A stretch of 64,000 nucleotides of DNA from Paraspadella gotoi (Eukaryota; Animalia; Chaetognatha): NCBI GenBank assembly GCA_051294375.1, contig CM119270.1, positions 1,299,598 through 1,363,597 of the forward strand, in the 5' to 3' direction. The notes beneath the pieces were generated by a model, which saw only the letters and a list, made by a program, of their open reading frames with translations, was not told the DNA's origin and did not search any database. The position numbers and the translations under genes were made by a program. Positions 37,244-51,769 of this stretch are shown piece by piece (within the stretch, counting starts at the first letter, position 1; every line of letters starts with the position of its first letter).

Positions 37244-40200
37244 CGCTTGGGTGGTCCCGTGCGTCCCGAATTTTTTCCATTCGTCTCTTTTCAACGAATG
37301 AGTAAGAAACCGATTCTTTCTTTCTTTCTTTCTTTTCTTTTTTCTTTCTATTTCCGAAATGACTTGAATCTGACTAGGGACTTAAGGGGACCAAGTGAAC
37401 AGGGGGGGTAAAAAGCTNNNNNNNNNNNNNNNNNNNNNNNNNNNNNNNNNNNNNNNNNNNNNNNNNNNNNNNNNNNNNNNNNNNNNNNNNNNNNNNNNNN
37501 NNNNNNNNNNNNNNNNNNNNNNNNNNNNNNNNNNNNNNNNNNNNNNNNNNNNNNNNNNNNNNNNNNNNNNNNNNNNNNNNNNNNNNNNNNNNNNNNNNNN
37601 NNNNNNNNNNNNNNNNNNNNNNNNNNNNNNNNNNNNNNNNNNNNNNNNNNNNNNNNNNNNNNNNNNNNNNNNNNNNNNNNNNNNNNNNNNNNNNNNNNNN
37701 NNNNNNNNNNNNNNNNNNNNNNNNNNNNNNNNNNNNNNNNNNNNNNNNNNNNNNNNNNNNNNNNNNNNNNNNNNNNNNNNNNNNNNNNNNNNNNNNNNNN
37801 NNNNNNNNNNNNNNNNNNNNNNNNNNNNNNNNNNNNNNNNNNNNNNNNNNNNNNNNNNNNNNNNNNNNNNNNNNNNNNNNNNNNNNNNNNNNNNNNNNNN
37901 NNNNNNNNNNNNNNNNNNNNNNNNNNNNNNNNNNNNNNNNNNNNNNNNNNNNNNNNNNNNNNNNNNNNNNNNNNNNNNNNNNNNNNNNNNNNNNNNNNNN
38001 NNNNNNNNNNNNNNNNNNNNNNNNNNNNNNNNNNNNNNNNNNNNNNNNNNNNNNNNNNNNNNNNNNNNNNNNNNNNNNNNNNNNNNNNNNNNNNNNNNNN
38101 NNNNNNNNNNNNNNNNNNNNNNNNNNNNNNNNNNNNNNNNNNNNNNNNNNNNNNNNNNNNNNNNNNNNNNNNNNNNNNNNNNNNNNNNNNNNNNNNNNNN
38201 NNNNNNNNNNNNNNNNNNNNNNNNNNNNNNNNNNNNNNNNNNNNNNNNNNNNNNNNNNNNNNNNNNNNNNNNNNNNNNNNNNNNNNNNNNNNNNNNNNNN
38301 NNNNNNNNCTTTTCTTTCTCCCCATCGGATAAACCACCCAGGTAGAGACCCTCCCAACTCCACCCGAGGTCCGGCCTCCCGCCCTGAGAGAGACAGAGAC
38401 AGAGTGAAAGAGAGATAACACACCGGGAGAGAGAGAGAGGGAGATAGAGACGGTNNNNNNNNNNNNNNNNNNNNNNNNNAAACTCTCGCCCCTCTTCCCC
38501 TTCGTAAAATCCGAGGCGGGCAGGCACCCTGGTGTCTGATAAGAAGGGAGGCGCCAAACATATGGGCGAGAGAAACGGATGGGGTGAAAGCGGCAAATAA
38601 GAGGGGGAGAGAAGAGAGGAGATGAGAGAGAGAGAGGAAGAGAGAGAGAGAGAAGAGGAGAGAGAGAGATGGAGTGAGGACCTTTCACTCTGCAAAATCT
38701 TTTCCTTTTGCTTCTGTCACTCTGCTCTCATTTAATTTCTTCCCGTCTCTATCTCCCTCTCTCTCTCTCGGGCGGTGTGTTATCTCTCTTTCCTCTGTCT
38801 CTGTTCTCTCAGGGGGGAGGCCGGACCTCGGGTGGACTTGGGAGGTCTACTGGGTGGTTATCGATGGGGGAAAGAAAAGCAAAAAAAAAAAGAAAATAAA
38901 GAAAAATCAATTAAATTGTTTAAAAAATTAAATTAAAATCGTATACAAATGCTCAACTTATTTTTTTAAAGTGAAATGGTGATAATTATATTCTCCAATC
39001 ACTTTAGCGATTATTTCCGGTGATTATTTATATATTATTATTAATTTTATTATGTATTATTATTAGTTACTTTATTATTATCTGATTGCTCAATGAAAAG
39101 TTTAAAGTGTTTAAGGGACCAGTGTAATAAACCAAGACTATCATATCAGCTTAAGGGTCTATCATCAAGCAGAATTTGAATGGTGATAGCCATTGAATTT
39201 TTCTTTGCACGGGAAAATGGAAAAAATTCACTATCTTTCTAATTGTACGCGAAAAAAATTTATAATAATTATGCAAAAAAAATTTATAGTTGACCCTACT
39301 AGACATATTTATCAATCCATTATTCTTATTTTTGAAGTCTAGAAAGTATTTTGTTACTAAATTCCAATTTTTTATTTTTCTACGTGTCACAGAACACATT
39401 TGAGTTAACGTCATTGACCAAAAGCTTTACAAGACTATATTTTTTTTTATTTTTAATATTTATTAAAAGCAGACAACATCAAGATCCTAAATTTATTCTA
39501 AGCGAAAAAACTGTAATAATATTATAATTAATATTCATATTCTGCCTTTAAATGTTATTATTAAACTATATTGATTCCTAATTATAAAATTAAAAATTAG
39601 CAGGTACAGGATCTTCTCTTCTTCTTTTATATTTATATTTACTTCAAAGGTTTTAATTTTCATCCAAATTAAACAGAACTAGCAAGACTATATCTTTTAT
39701 TTCTCATGTGCTTTCGTTTTCGATAAATTGGTACGATCGCTGCAAATTCCTGTCTAAGCTTCTTAGTTTTTAAAATTCTCATTAACAAGTCCGGTCCCAG
39801 CGCGTTCAAAAGGTAATCCGCCAAAAAACGACGAAAAAATAGCGGCTTCCGAGGGATCACTTCGCTGCTAAACGATCGAAAAGTGAGCCACATAAAGATT
39901 TGAGACTACATAGTATAAATCATTATTCCGCCGGAATCGCGACCGGTAGAAAGCCGCAAATCCCGTTCCGGACAATAGAAACGAAAAACTACGGAGCTGA
40001 ACAGTGGAACACCTGGAAAAAAAAGGGATATAAGAGTGAGGAAATATATCTTATTTTACCGCGATTTTGAAAGTTCGTTATTGTGTTTTTCCTTCTTATG
40101 AGCGGCGTATAGCTGTAATTATAAGTATAAAAAAAATTTTCACTATATCTGCGAAAACAGTATCCGCCGCGGATGAAAACGGCTGGTCAACTTCCTGGTT

Positions 40201-41776
40201 CGTTTAGCACTTCGCTGCACGCACCGTGAGATTCGACGCTCACCGCCGAACGTGAACACTGCAAGAAAGTTGACCTGCTTCAGAGTTACGATCGATCCGG
40301 CGATCCGATCGAAGCCACCTCCGCGTACCGATCTTGCACCTTCGAGGCGACATTGCCCGCCCATTGCGAGGCCTCTGCCGCCACGTGGCATGCGACGCGA
40401 CTTCCTGAAAAACTCGAAATGTCGAGTCGCGCTGAGATATATCCCTTGCGTTAGCGCGTAGGACTTCGTTACGAAGAGGTTTACAGGTTCAGATCTATTC
40501 AATTACTAACCAAAGGGAGATAGCATATGCAGTATTGGTTTGAGTATGAGTATGATATCTCAATATCAACGAAGAACTCGCTTTCAAATTACATTTTGTA
40601 CTGGAGTTACAGGACTGCCTCTCCGAGTGTCTTGAATGCATGTATAGAATCTCCTAAGCAATATATTTAACTCATTGGGAATGTATTTACTTGTCTTGAC
40701 ATAATATAAATTAGCAAAATATAACCAAGTGCTGTGGCTTTTCGAAACATGGAAATAACAACGTAAAAGAAAGCTCACTGCGGCCAACACACATTAACAA
40801 TCTCCGTTCTGTTTTAGTCTTATAACTCTATAATTCACTTTGTCGTCCATCGGCGCCCCTAATCTTGTCGGGCATTCACTTATATGTCAGAACATCAAAA
40901 TATGATTAATTATGCAAAAAAAAAATCCTATCTGTCATCTGTTTTGTCGCGTCCAACGTTAGCAAAAAACAAACCAATTTATTGTGAGATTGATGATTGG
41001 AATGAAATTTTGTGTGTGGGTAGGGAAGTTGTGATTGAGCTGGATATGATTTCGATAAGATCGTCCAAGTGGGAAATGAGTTTAAATAACATCAAAAAAT
41101 ATTACTATTTGAACCAATTACTCATACTTCAAATATCATAGTGAGATGGGGCGATTGATTTGAAATTGTGTATGCGAGTAGAAACGGTGCATGATTTAAG
41201 CCTGGAAATCTCTTTTCGATGACATTTGAGTGAAATAGATTTAAATGGAAAAAAAACAAAAAACTGCTTTCACTAATTGGATATGCCTCTTTTATATATT
41301 AAAAGTAAATTGCAAGATGTATAATTAATCAAAAATTAATCATTAATCATAGTCATGAATTAATCAGCAGGGGCGGTAATCAAGCCAGTCCACTACAATC
41401 AAAACAACATTTTGATCAAATAATAAATTTACGATTGAATGAATAATTAATTATTACCGATTTACCGATTAATGTTGTGGGCAGATCCAACATTGTTTGC
41501 TCAGAAGTTGTATAAAGTATTCTTATTTTCTTCACTACTGATACTGGTGTGCCTGGTTTAAAAAGTTTAATAATTAAATCTGTAAATCATTCTGTAAGCT
41601 GTGTAACCAGCTGACTAATGGAAGTAATCATTTTAATCTTTAAAATATATTATACTCAATCATGTAATTTAAAGGAAACTCAGGAAAAAAAATTAACAAT
41701 TGATATTAAATAACACATATTAAAACTGACAATTATTGAAGTGGAGGTAAAATCAAGTCAGCGGTATTGTAGTTAA

Positions 41777-42084
41777 GATTGCCACCAGCCTTTCGTCGTC
41801 ATTGTTGGGATCAGCCACCAGGGTTTTGATGGTTTGGGCTCAACGTCTAATCTTGTAGCAGAGATTCGCCAAGAGACAAGAGTTGCACGGATCTGTCACG
41901 CCCATGTCCCTGGAGAAGGAGGTTTAAGACAAAGGTAACTTGGCAAACACTTGGTTATCATATAATATTTACTTTATTGAATGCCCCGTGCGGCCGGTGC
42001 GCTTGTGATGAATTAAGCAGGGCGCGAAACCCCGAGTCCCTTTGGGTTGGGAGGAGCTCGTGCTACCTCGGGCGCCATTAGTGC
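41777..42084 (-). mobile_element. Duplicate of SINE family A
   Basis: Lies inside the exact duplication (+10,612). Confidence 0.6.
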
Positions 42085-42557
42085 TACTGATGTCTGACTG
42101 ATTAACGCGGTATAAAATACTAACAGTATTATAATAATGAAAAATATATTGAATTATAATCAACTCATAAAATGGCAAAGAGAACTTCAAAACCGACTAT
42201 CACTTATAAATTTATAAACACAACTTTCTTTCCAAATTTTACTTTTAACTATCCTTCAGCTAATTCGCATGATTTATTTACTAGTTAATTGTTAAATTTC
42301 ACACCAACATTGTGTTAAACTGTTATTCTTTGTATACCACTTGCAAAATGCTTCCTTTTCGCTTTATTAATTACTTACTATTTTGTCTCTCTCCCCTCTC
42401 ACTCTAACAAGTTTCACTTCTTTCAACAACTCACTCAGTCTGACCTCACCTTCAAACCTTCCTCACATCTGACTCTATCCTGTCTCACCCACTTTGTGGA
42501 AAACTTTTACTGCTATCTCTCTCTCTCTTAGCAACAAATTTATTTGCAAATTGTTAA

Positions 42558-42599
42558 ACGCTGATGAAGGCTTGAAATAACAAGCCTGAAACTGTCCGT
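42558..42599 (+). ncRNA. Duplicate of the minimal hammerhead ribozyme motif
   Basis: CTGATGA at 42561-42567; same sequence as 31946-31987. Confidence 0.8.
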
Positions 42600-42638
42600 A
42601 TCTATTAAATACAGTTCGTTGTAAAAAATTCAGAACAC

Positions 42639-42845
42639 CTTATGTGGACTAAAATCCACCAACAACCGCTTCATGCACGGCCAATTGGTGCCAGAGGCAA
42701 GTCATTATCGCCTCCCAACCCAATAGGTCCGGGGTTCTAGCCCGGTGGATCGCGCAAGCAGTTAAGAGGGACGGCCGCTTAACCCCGCCTGTAACATGGT
42801 GTTACGCTCTGATTCCGAAGCTCAGGGACCTGCTTATATTGAACG
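42639..42845 (+). mobile_element. Duplicate of SINE family B
   Basis: Lies inside the exact duplication (+10,612). Confidence 0.7.
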
Positions 42846-45800
42846 GTTCTGTCACTAACACAATAAAATAATTAACTGTCCTCTCACAACTCTTGCTTCT
42901 TCTCTGCTAAATAACTAACAATTGAAAAGGAGGATTCATTAATATCAATCCACCAGTTTGCATAGATTATGAATGTCACGAAATGTTACAATACGAGAAA
43001 AAAATCCCTCATCTGCTCAATTAGAAAAATTATGTTTAATCCCTCTTTCATTGCATTTAAGATTTAGGAAACAAATTATTTTATGATCCGTATTAAATAA
43101 AATCGTCTTTGCCAATAAAACTTTTTTCTTAAATCTTAAACCAATTTATAAGTTAGATTCAAAATATTTCTCTAACAGTAATTTTTTAAAAATATTTTTT
43201 TTATATAAATAAAACAAATTAAAATTAAAAGTGAAAACTAGGACGGCATTTAAATTTTGATTGTTTTGCAAAGAAAACTGATAAAGATTGAATTGCGAAA
43301 TATAGTATTATAATGGTAAGAACTTATCTTGACACTGTTAGCTCAGAAGTAAGATTTAAGAACATTCCGTTAAATATGTAAAAGTTAACTGTCAGTACCA
43401 ATTGGATACACTATGTATGATTATAATTAATGATAGGTAAAAATATAATGTGTCTGGCTCATGACTGACAGATTCAGGCCACGTCGGATAGGATGACGGA
43501 AAGATCCGATCTTCCGAGCCCGGTGCTTCGCAAAGAGAACTGTCGAATCGAAAAAATCGGGATCATTTTGTGTTGAAACGTCTCGGGAGTACCTCTCAAA
43601 CCCGCTGGACAAAATGCTTTTAAAGTGTTCCGAAGTTTTTATATCTCAACATATTAAATTTACCGAATCAAATTCTAAACCCGTTATTTCACAACTCATT
43701 TTTAAAAATTCAACCATTCATCAATGTAGCACGATCGTAAGCTCAACTCACCTTCAATCCAAAATTTATTAACTGATTTGCCGAGAGTGATGTAAAGGCT
43801 AACATGACCGTAGGTCGTAGAGGGGGTCTTTTCATGGAGTCGCCGAGAGCCAATTCTCAGAGACCGTGTCGCCGAAAGTGATGTCGCTGAGAGTCTTAGT
43901 CGCCGAGGATGTTGCTTGAGTTATTTCGCCACAAGTGATGTCCGCACGGCGAAAGGTGAAAAAAAATTATAGACTAAAAGATATACAGGAGATAATGTTA
44001 GCAACAGAACGAAATATAAATTGAAAAATTCCAAGTAATCTTATCTTTATGCAAATAATAAATTTGGCGATACTGGATTTGAATACGCTCGAGAGCGTTT
44101 TATGTCTATAGGCAATTACTCTGGTTCGTTATAATAATTAAATATTTTTACATTTAACTGAGAGAAATGATGTCAACATTGGGTTGATGTAATAATTTCA
44201 AATCAATCGATCACGCGTTGAGAAAAATTCTACAAAAAATCGATCATTTTTAAAAAAATAAAAATTCTTAAAAACTCGCTAAATGGCATGTACTGTATGG
44301 TTTATGTTGTTGTTTATTTCTTATTATAATACAGGCTTTATCAATAAAGGGGTAAATTACGAAAATGAGATATTTCGAACTCATATTGAGACTTATGATA
44401 TTCAATGAATATTTCTTCTTTCGGGCAACGAAATGTACCTAAACTTTGTAGCTTTCATTAAGCTAAATCGTATTTTTATAATTTTACAAGGGAGTTTGGC
44501 AAAAACAGTAAAAGAAATAAAAATGATAATAAATTTTGGAAAAAAATGAATTAATTGCTCCAATTTCTTACTAAATTGAATTATTTTTTTTCGTCTATGT
44601 TGCTTGAAATTTAGGCTAACCCAACCAGAATCGGCAATCAATGATACGCTGTAATATTATTTGACTTATACAGTAAGTACCCGCAAAATAAAAAAATTCA
44701 AAGGAAACAGTCTAAACACCGTGTTTATTTAAGTATTTTTTAGTTAATAACCTATGGATTTTCTTTGTTCCGGCTGGCGTTGGATAGCCCAAATACTGCC
44801 GTATCAGAAATCATCCATGGTTTTGGTATATTTACTGCGCATTGTCGCAAAAACTGGAGGCACCAAAATTATCAGAAATCCGCCTGTTCTTCCGGATTCT
44901 TTCTAAAATCGCGAGCGACCATATACTCGTCCGATGGAAAACGAAGAGAAAGAGAAATAAAAGATGGAGAAGAAGTAACATTTAAAAATCTAATAAATAC
45001 TTGATTAAATACCCATAATTATATTATATCTCATAAATATCTAATTTAAAAAATACAGCGAAGGCGGGAAGATATGTTCAAAAACAAACGAGCCCCCAAA
45101 ATTCTCTCTTTCGAAACCGCGGTGTGCTCGTCGCAAGCCATGGCTTTCGGATTGGATTCGAGCAGTAGTAGTCATTAATGCTCGGTCGGTCCAATATAAA
45201 ATGTAATCGAAAACAAAAGCCCTTTGTTTTCTTAGAATTTACAAAAAAACGCTTGAATTTTTTCCGTTGCGCCTCCACCAGAACAGAAAGAAACCCTCGT
45301 CTCGCCGAAGGGAAAAATAAACAGTAAAAAATACCTATCGGCTTACGTTCGAATTAAATGGCCGAAAAAGCCAGCCTTCATTGATTGTTAAATTAAACAG
45401 AGCAAGCTTGCAAAAATATAACCAAAATTAAGATACCCGTCTTAGCCAAGACGCAATTATTCAGACATGTGTTAAGGATCAAAAAACTATCAACATAGAT
45501 TAGTAGAACGATCAAGTCTAAGATGAGAATAAAACCGGAAACAGTCCACTTTAGTCCTTTTTTCATGTCAAGATGACGACATTTTTTTCGCGCACCATCG
45601 GCAAGGGCTCCCAAGACGCCACGCTTTCGCAAATAGCCCATTTTAATACTATTTATTACGTGCAATGCCGTCGATCGAAGCGAGACAATAAAAAAAAGCG
45701 CGAATTCTCGGAAACTGAATTCCCCCTTCATCGCGAAACTCGTGATCTTTGCTACGAATATTGAAAAGAAAGTTTTAAATAAAATCGTCGATCACCTTAA

Positions 45801-46070
45801 TCTTTGCCCAAATGATATAGAGCAAAAAAATTAATATGGTCGAAACAGCTTCAAGTTAAGAGGGTCAAACCGTTATGTTTTCAGCTTTACCCCGTTCACT
45901 TGAGATCCCTTAAGTCCTAGTCAGATCAAGTCATTTCGGAACATAGACAAGAAAAAGAAAAGAAAGAAAAGAAAGAAAGAATCGGTTTCTCCCTTCATTC
46001 GTTGAGAGAGATGGAAAAAGAATTCGGACGACCCGGGACCACCCAGGTTCGTCCGCTCTCTCTCTCTCTC

Positions 46071-46104
<34 letters not shown>

Positions 46105-46454
46105 TCCTCTTCTCTTCTTCTTCAAAAAGTGTTCTCTTACCGCTTAGCTGATCTTTTTTTGATTTTTTATTACTCTCTTTAAAACGAACCAATCTTTTAT
46201 AGATTTTAAAGTGATTTCACGGTAATTCCCTTCTCCTCTTCTCCTCTCTCTCCTCTCGGGACCTCTCTCTCTCTCCCCCTCTCTCTCTTCTCTCCTCCTT
46301 CTCCTTCTCTCTCTCTCTCTCTCTCTTTCTCTCTATTCTCCCTCGGTCTCTTCTTCCCTCTTCTATATCTCTCTCTTCATTCTCTCTCTCCTCTCTCTCT
46401 CGTCTTCTCTCTCTCTCTCTCTCCTCTCTCTCTCGTCTCTATATCTTCCTCCTA

Positions 46455-46485
<31 letters not shown>

Positions 46486-47452
46486 TCCACGGCGAAGGTG
46501 ATCTAAGAATTCGAATTGAATTCTAAGCAAAATCATGAGACTGTGAGCATCTGGAGATGACGATCGATGACGAACGACGACGAGTAGATGAGGATGATGA
46601 CACGAACCGATGACGACCGACTAAGACGACGACGATGATGACGACGACGATGATGACGACGACAGCGGGACGAGAGATGAGAGACGAGGAGCGTGGAGGA
46701 CATGACTCATGACACGAATCACACAACGAAAAAACAACTTGATTTCTTTATATTCAGAAACATCGAGCTGCCGTGTGCCGGACCTCCCTTCGACCTACTT
46801 CCTCCTCTTTCTCCTGCTTCCTCCTCCTTCTCCTCTTCCTCCTTTTTCTTTGTCCTCCTCTTCTCTCTCATCTCTCTCTCTCTCTCTCTCTCATCCTCTC
46901 TGGAGGTTTGGATATTTTGGTGGAGGATGGCGCCACCATCGACTTGGGAAAGGTGACGCCTTGTTTGTCGTTTCGGACACCCGCGGGGCGACCACCAATT
47001 GGAAGGGAGGCTGAGGGTCGGCTGGGTTTGGAAAACGTGGTTGGTAGCTGAAGGCATCATCCATGCATAGAGATAGACCTGGCAAGCTTTGTGATGTGAT
47101 TAGTCAGATGATTGATGGCCCTAAAAAGGACGACCAATCACATCACAAAGCTAATAAAGTCCATCTATTGGTGCACTTTGTAGATGGCGTTGTAGAAAAA
47201 AAAAGAGTTACCTGGTAACTTGGTAGGAAAGCTTTGCAAAGACTGTCTGTGGGTTTTTTGGCACCTCTAACTGGGATGGAATGGTTAGAGGGATTGGAAT
47301 CATCCGGCGTTGGCCTTACTCGATGACGCCGTGGTCCCTATAGTTGGCCATGGACACATTTGTGGGCCTCTTTTGGTGGTCTCCCGTCTAAAGGTTCTGA
47401 ATGACGTGTTGACGATCTGTTTGGTCAAAGAGGAAAAGAAGAAAAAAAATTG

Positions 47453-47520
47453 GAAGAAGAAGAAGAAGAAGAAGAAGAAGAAGAAGAAGAAGAAGAAGAA
47501 GAAGAAGAAGAAGAAGAAGA
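47453..47520. repeat. (GAA)n microsatellite
   Basis: Pure trinucleotide run. Confidence 0.97.
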
Positions 47521-48116
47521 CGAGGACACGAATCTGAGGGGATGGCATCTTTTTTGGGCACAGTTCAAATATTTAAGGAGAGCGGGAGTGAGAGGGAGGA
47601 AGAGAGGAAAAGAGGGAGAGAGAGAGAGAGTTAAAGAAAGAGAGAGAAGGGGAGGGGGCGAGAGAGGAGGACGATGGAGGAGGAGACAGCGAGAGTATGA
47701 GAGAAATACAAGGCACCGTAGGAAGGGGAACGAGCGAGAGACGGCGGGAGCCCAGGAGAGACGGCGTGAAATCCATGAGACAGGAAATGAGAGAGAAAGA
47801 GAAAGCAGTGAAGAGTTTGGAATATAGGACTACCGTGAGATCGCAACCACAAACAAGGCGCTGCAGATAAGAAACAAAAAACGTAACAGAGCAGAAATAC
47901 TTTATTCACAACAATAATAAACATTTTTAACAGTTATAAACTTCTAATAATACAAATTTTCTCATACTAAAGTTATAAGTGATTCACAATTACTTCGCGC
48001 CAAACAACAAAAATTATAACAACCTCAGTGCAAACGGTCATGTCCCTGATCCCCCCTGATTCAAAAACTCTCTCCTCTCTTCTCTTCTCTTCCTTCTTTC
48101 TCTCTCTCTTCTCTCT

Positions 48117-48147
<31 letters not shown>

Positions 48148-48240
48148 TATCCTTTTCTCTCGAGGCCAGCTGCACCACAATTTCAAGTGCTGCCGCAGCC
48201 GCGAGAAGAGTAAGCCCCTCTCTCTCTCTCTCCTCTCTCG

Positions 48241-48293
<53 letters not shown>

Positions 48294-48374
48294 GAGCTCC
48301 ACCCGCAGCGCAGGAACGAAAACGAGAAAATCGTTGGCGTAGCGTCGGANNNNNNNNNNNNNNNNNNNNNNNNN

Positions 48375-49400
48375 AGAGAGTGGATGGAGGGGAGTTAGAA
48401 TAGAAAGAGGGAGAGGGAGAGAGAGAGGGAGGAGACAGAGGGAAAAGGAGTCAAAAGGGGGAAGAAGGAGAGAGAGGAGATGTTAATGAGAGACAGCGGT
48501 GGAGTAGGACTGACGAGGAGTCAAAGAGATGAAGAGAGAGAGACGGAGGACGAAGGGAGACGAGAGAGAGGAGCGAGGAAGAAGGTCAGAGGGAAGAGAT
48601 AGGAAAAGGGAAGAAAGGAGGGAAAGATAGAAACTGAAAAAAAGAGATAATTTTCAGTGGATCAATGCCAACTTTTTTTTTAGCTTAGTTAATACGAAGG
48701 ATTAATAAACGAAAATCTGAATCATTGTTAGATTTAGTCGATGTCGTGTCGTGTCGTGTCGGGTCGTTCGTGAGTGGTCGTGTTGTTGTCGGTCGTTTGT
48801 GTTGTGGTTGTGTTGTTTGGTGGTGTAAGTGTTGGATTGAATCGCGATTTCTACGAAGAATTTGTTTAAAAAATCATTTAACATTGATTAATAAACTTAA
48901 ATGAACGTGATGATCCTCAAGGGGTTGATTGAAATAATTAAATCCAAAAAAAAAAGAGAAATAATTGTGCAGGATATTTGTAGACGATGACGACGGATGA
49001 TATTGATGATGGAGAATGATGATGATTGGATGATTGGATGACGATGTTAATTGATGATAAATTGATTCAAAAATCCCTTCGGTCTCGAATCGGTGCAACA
49101 CATTCAATGCTTTCTACAAAGGGTGCACATAGACAATGATTTCTTTTTCTTTCTTTCCCTGTCTCTTTCTGTTCTCTTGTGCGTCCTGCTTTCGTGCTGC
49201 CGTGTCTGCTCTGTGGCTGCACTGCGCACCCGAAAGCCGAAGAAATATAGTCCGGATCGATTGTGTTGTAGAACAGGACAGAGATGTGTACGTTTGGGCG
49301 CGAATTTGTCTTGCGTCGTGTGTGAAATCTTCGATGCAGTGATTTGATTGTGCGTCGGACCGTGAACGAGGAATTCGTTAAACATATTTGCACAACCGAC
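48375..49400 (-). repeat. Inverted copy of ~26070-27125
   Basis: ORF 26076..26402(+) has the same translation as 49067..49393(-). The purine tract at 48375-48640 is the reverse complement of ~26860-27125. Confidence 0.95.
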
Positions 49401-51604
49401 GCGACGCGTCGTCGCAGCGGCAGAAACTCGACGCAGCAGCCGACGGTTTTTCGCTTTCTCAGTTTTCATGGTTTTTAATGGAGGAGGAAGAGGATGAGGA
49501 GGAGGAGGAGGAAGGGGGGAGAGAGAAATCGAACCGGCACCTGCTCTGGCTTAGGAGGGCGAAGGGGGAAAAGGAGGAGGAAGAGGAGGAAGATTATACG
49601 AAAAAGGTGAGGCGCGGATTATCTGGGTGAGTTTTGTTTGGTGGATCCGTTTTCGTCGTCGTCGTCGCCGTCGTCTTCGTCGTCGTCGTCGTCGTCCTCT
49701 CTCTGCCTGACCCCGAGGGACGTGACGAACTCCGCAGCGAAAAAGGGTGAGTGAAAAGTGAGTGAAAATCTGTCGTCCGTTGGGGATGAGTAAGTTAGGT
49801 TAGATCGGTGAGTAAAAGTTGTGACGTTTAAATAATATTTTTAATCGTTTTTTTTAATAATAAGTCAAAATTTAATTATAGATTACCAAAATTCAGTCGA
49901 TGAGTATAGCCGAACTAAATGCACTATATATTACATCTGTTGGGATTGAACATATGAAATCTTTTTGAATATAAAGTGGAATTATTTGGTATAAATTATA
50001 TAAAGCGCATGTTTTTGATTGGGTAATTTTCAACATTGAAATTGAAACTGTAAATAACTATTGAATTATTTATTTCCCCACTGAATCAAATATGAAACTT
50101 TCTTTATTTAAATAAACGGTTGGACATTAGTTATCTCTCTCCTTATAACATAGAACTCACTGGTGGGGTGAATTCTATGCTTTCAAAATACGGGTAAGAC
50201 ATGATTTCTTTCACGTTAATCATTCAATACCGGTATTAGCCTTTATTAAAAAGAAACTAAAAAACGATTTTTCATAGGTAAGAACAACTTTTAATTGATA
50301 TAAAATTGCTCGTAAGATCTCGTCGCGTTTTTTAGTTGATATTAACACTGCTTAGGCAAAAAAATCGGCACTGCTATATTATCTAAACTTTGTTTTGTTT
50401 CCACTGCTTTTTTTGTTTTCTTTCTTTCTCGAACTTCGCCCTGACTCTCTTTTTCTCTTTCTATCTGGTGAAGTATTTTGATTCTTACGCCAACAAATAA
50501 GCGTGTTTTAAATTTTATTTATTTTTCATAGTCCAATCACTCCTGTCCGTACAACTTTCTCACCTCAATACTATCATAACTTCAAATCTTCTTTGGTGGA
50601 CGTTCTCTCTCTTCTACTCTCTGCTTTCTCTCTCTTCATACATAATGATTGGTAAAATAACACTGCGCTTGGAAAGACTCCCGGAAAAAAGTTTCAAAAC
50701 ATGTCATTTCAAAACAAATTAAAAACTCGTTGTTTTGTAAACAAAAATAAACTTTGTTTTCTCTCTCAATTTTATTTCAGAGAAAGACTTCGTTAGCGGT
50801 ATGATTTATTTCAAAGTTTGGTGCCAGCAGATTTTAAAAAAATCCACAGATTTTTCGAGAAATTTTTCCGCAAAAAACCTGTCGATTGAGAGGAAAAAAA
50901 ATTACTGACGGCTTTCATTACATTAAAAGAATGCGGCTTGTTTTTTAAAATTCGTTTAACCTTTAGTAATTTCTTCATCTATTAAAAACTATAAAATAAG
51001 TCAAAACCGGTTTTTAGGTTTTAAATAAAACGAAACCTCACCAAATACTCACAAATATAAAGTCAGCTTAAATATTTTTTGCCAAGCAAAACTATTAAAT
51101 TCTTTGCCCCTAATGTTAGCTGACCAGAAGCACCAACAATTAGGAAATCGTTGATTTAGAATTGTGACATTTTGAAGTATTTCTCGTTAACAAAATTGTA
51201 TAAAATGTAAAAATGTAATTTTTACTCGTTCAATTTAAAAAATTAATCCATAGGCAAACAATTAATGAGACAATGGCAAATGAACCAACTCAGAGTAGAG
51301 AAGATAAAGAAGGACCCAAAAGCCGGAGTAAAAAATTTTCTTCAATGCGATCTTAGCGTTCAAATCATCTAAGACAAAAGTCAAAATGGACACAAAATGG
51401 ACATAATTTTTTTTATTAAAAGTAGACAAAAAATTGATATTGATTCGTTGATAGAAAAACTGACAGCAGGGATTGATTTAATTAATCTGTTAGTCTTCGC
51501 CAACTTTGTCTTAGAGTTAAAATTAATCTTTTTTGTGGGTAAATATTCTAACAGTATTGAAAAAGTGGTTTTTTGCCTTAAATTCCTCGATAGAAATCAC
51601 TGCC

Positions 51605-51769
51605 TAAAGGACTATGCTGAATAAATTATAAATTATATTAAAGGACTATGCTGAATAAATTATAAATTATATTAAAGGACTATGCTGAATAAATTATAAA
51701 TTATATTAAAGGACTATGCTGAATAAATTATAAATTATATTAAAGGACTATGCTAAATAAATTATAAAT
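51605..51769. repeat. 34-bp tandem repeat, ~5 units (TAAAGGACTATGCTGAATAAATTATAAATTATAT)
   Basis: Units start at 51605, 51639 and onward, head-to-tail with no spacers. Confidence 0.95.

Larger units (their letters stand above)
39652..45982 (+). repeat. Copy 2 of the ~6.3-kb direct duplication (probable assembly redundancy)
   Basis: Constant 10,612-bp offset. The core looks identical while the flanks differ by read-error-like indels. Confidence 0.97.

Noticed and set aside
51605-51769. CRISPR-like 34-bp repeats (also the 56-bp pair at 57768)
   Set aside because: No unique spacers of regular length, no cas genes, and a eukaryotic context.
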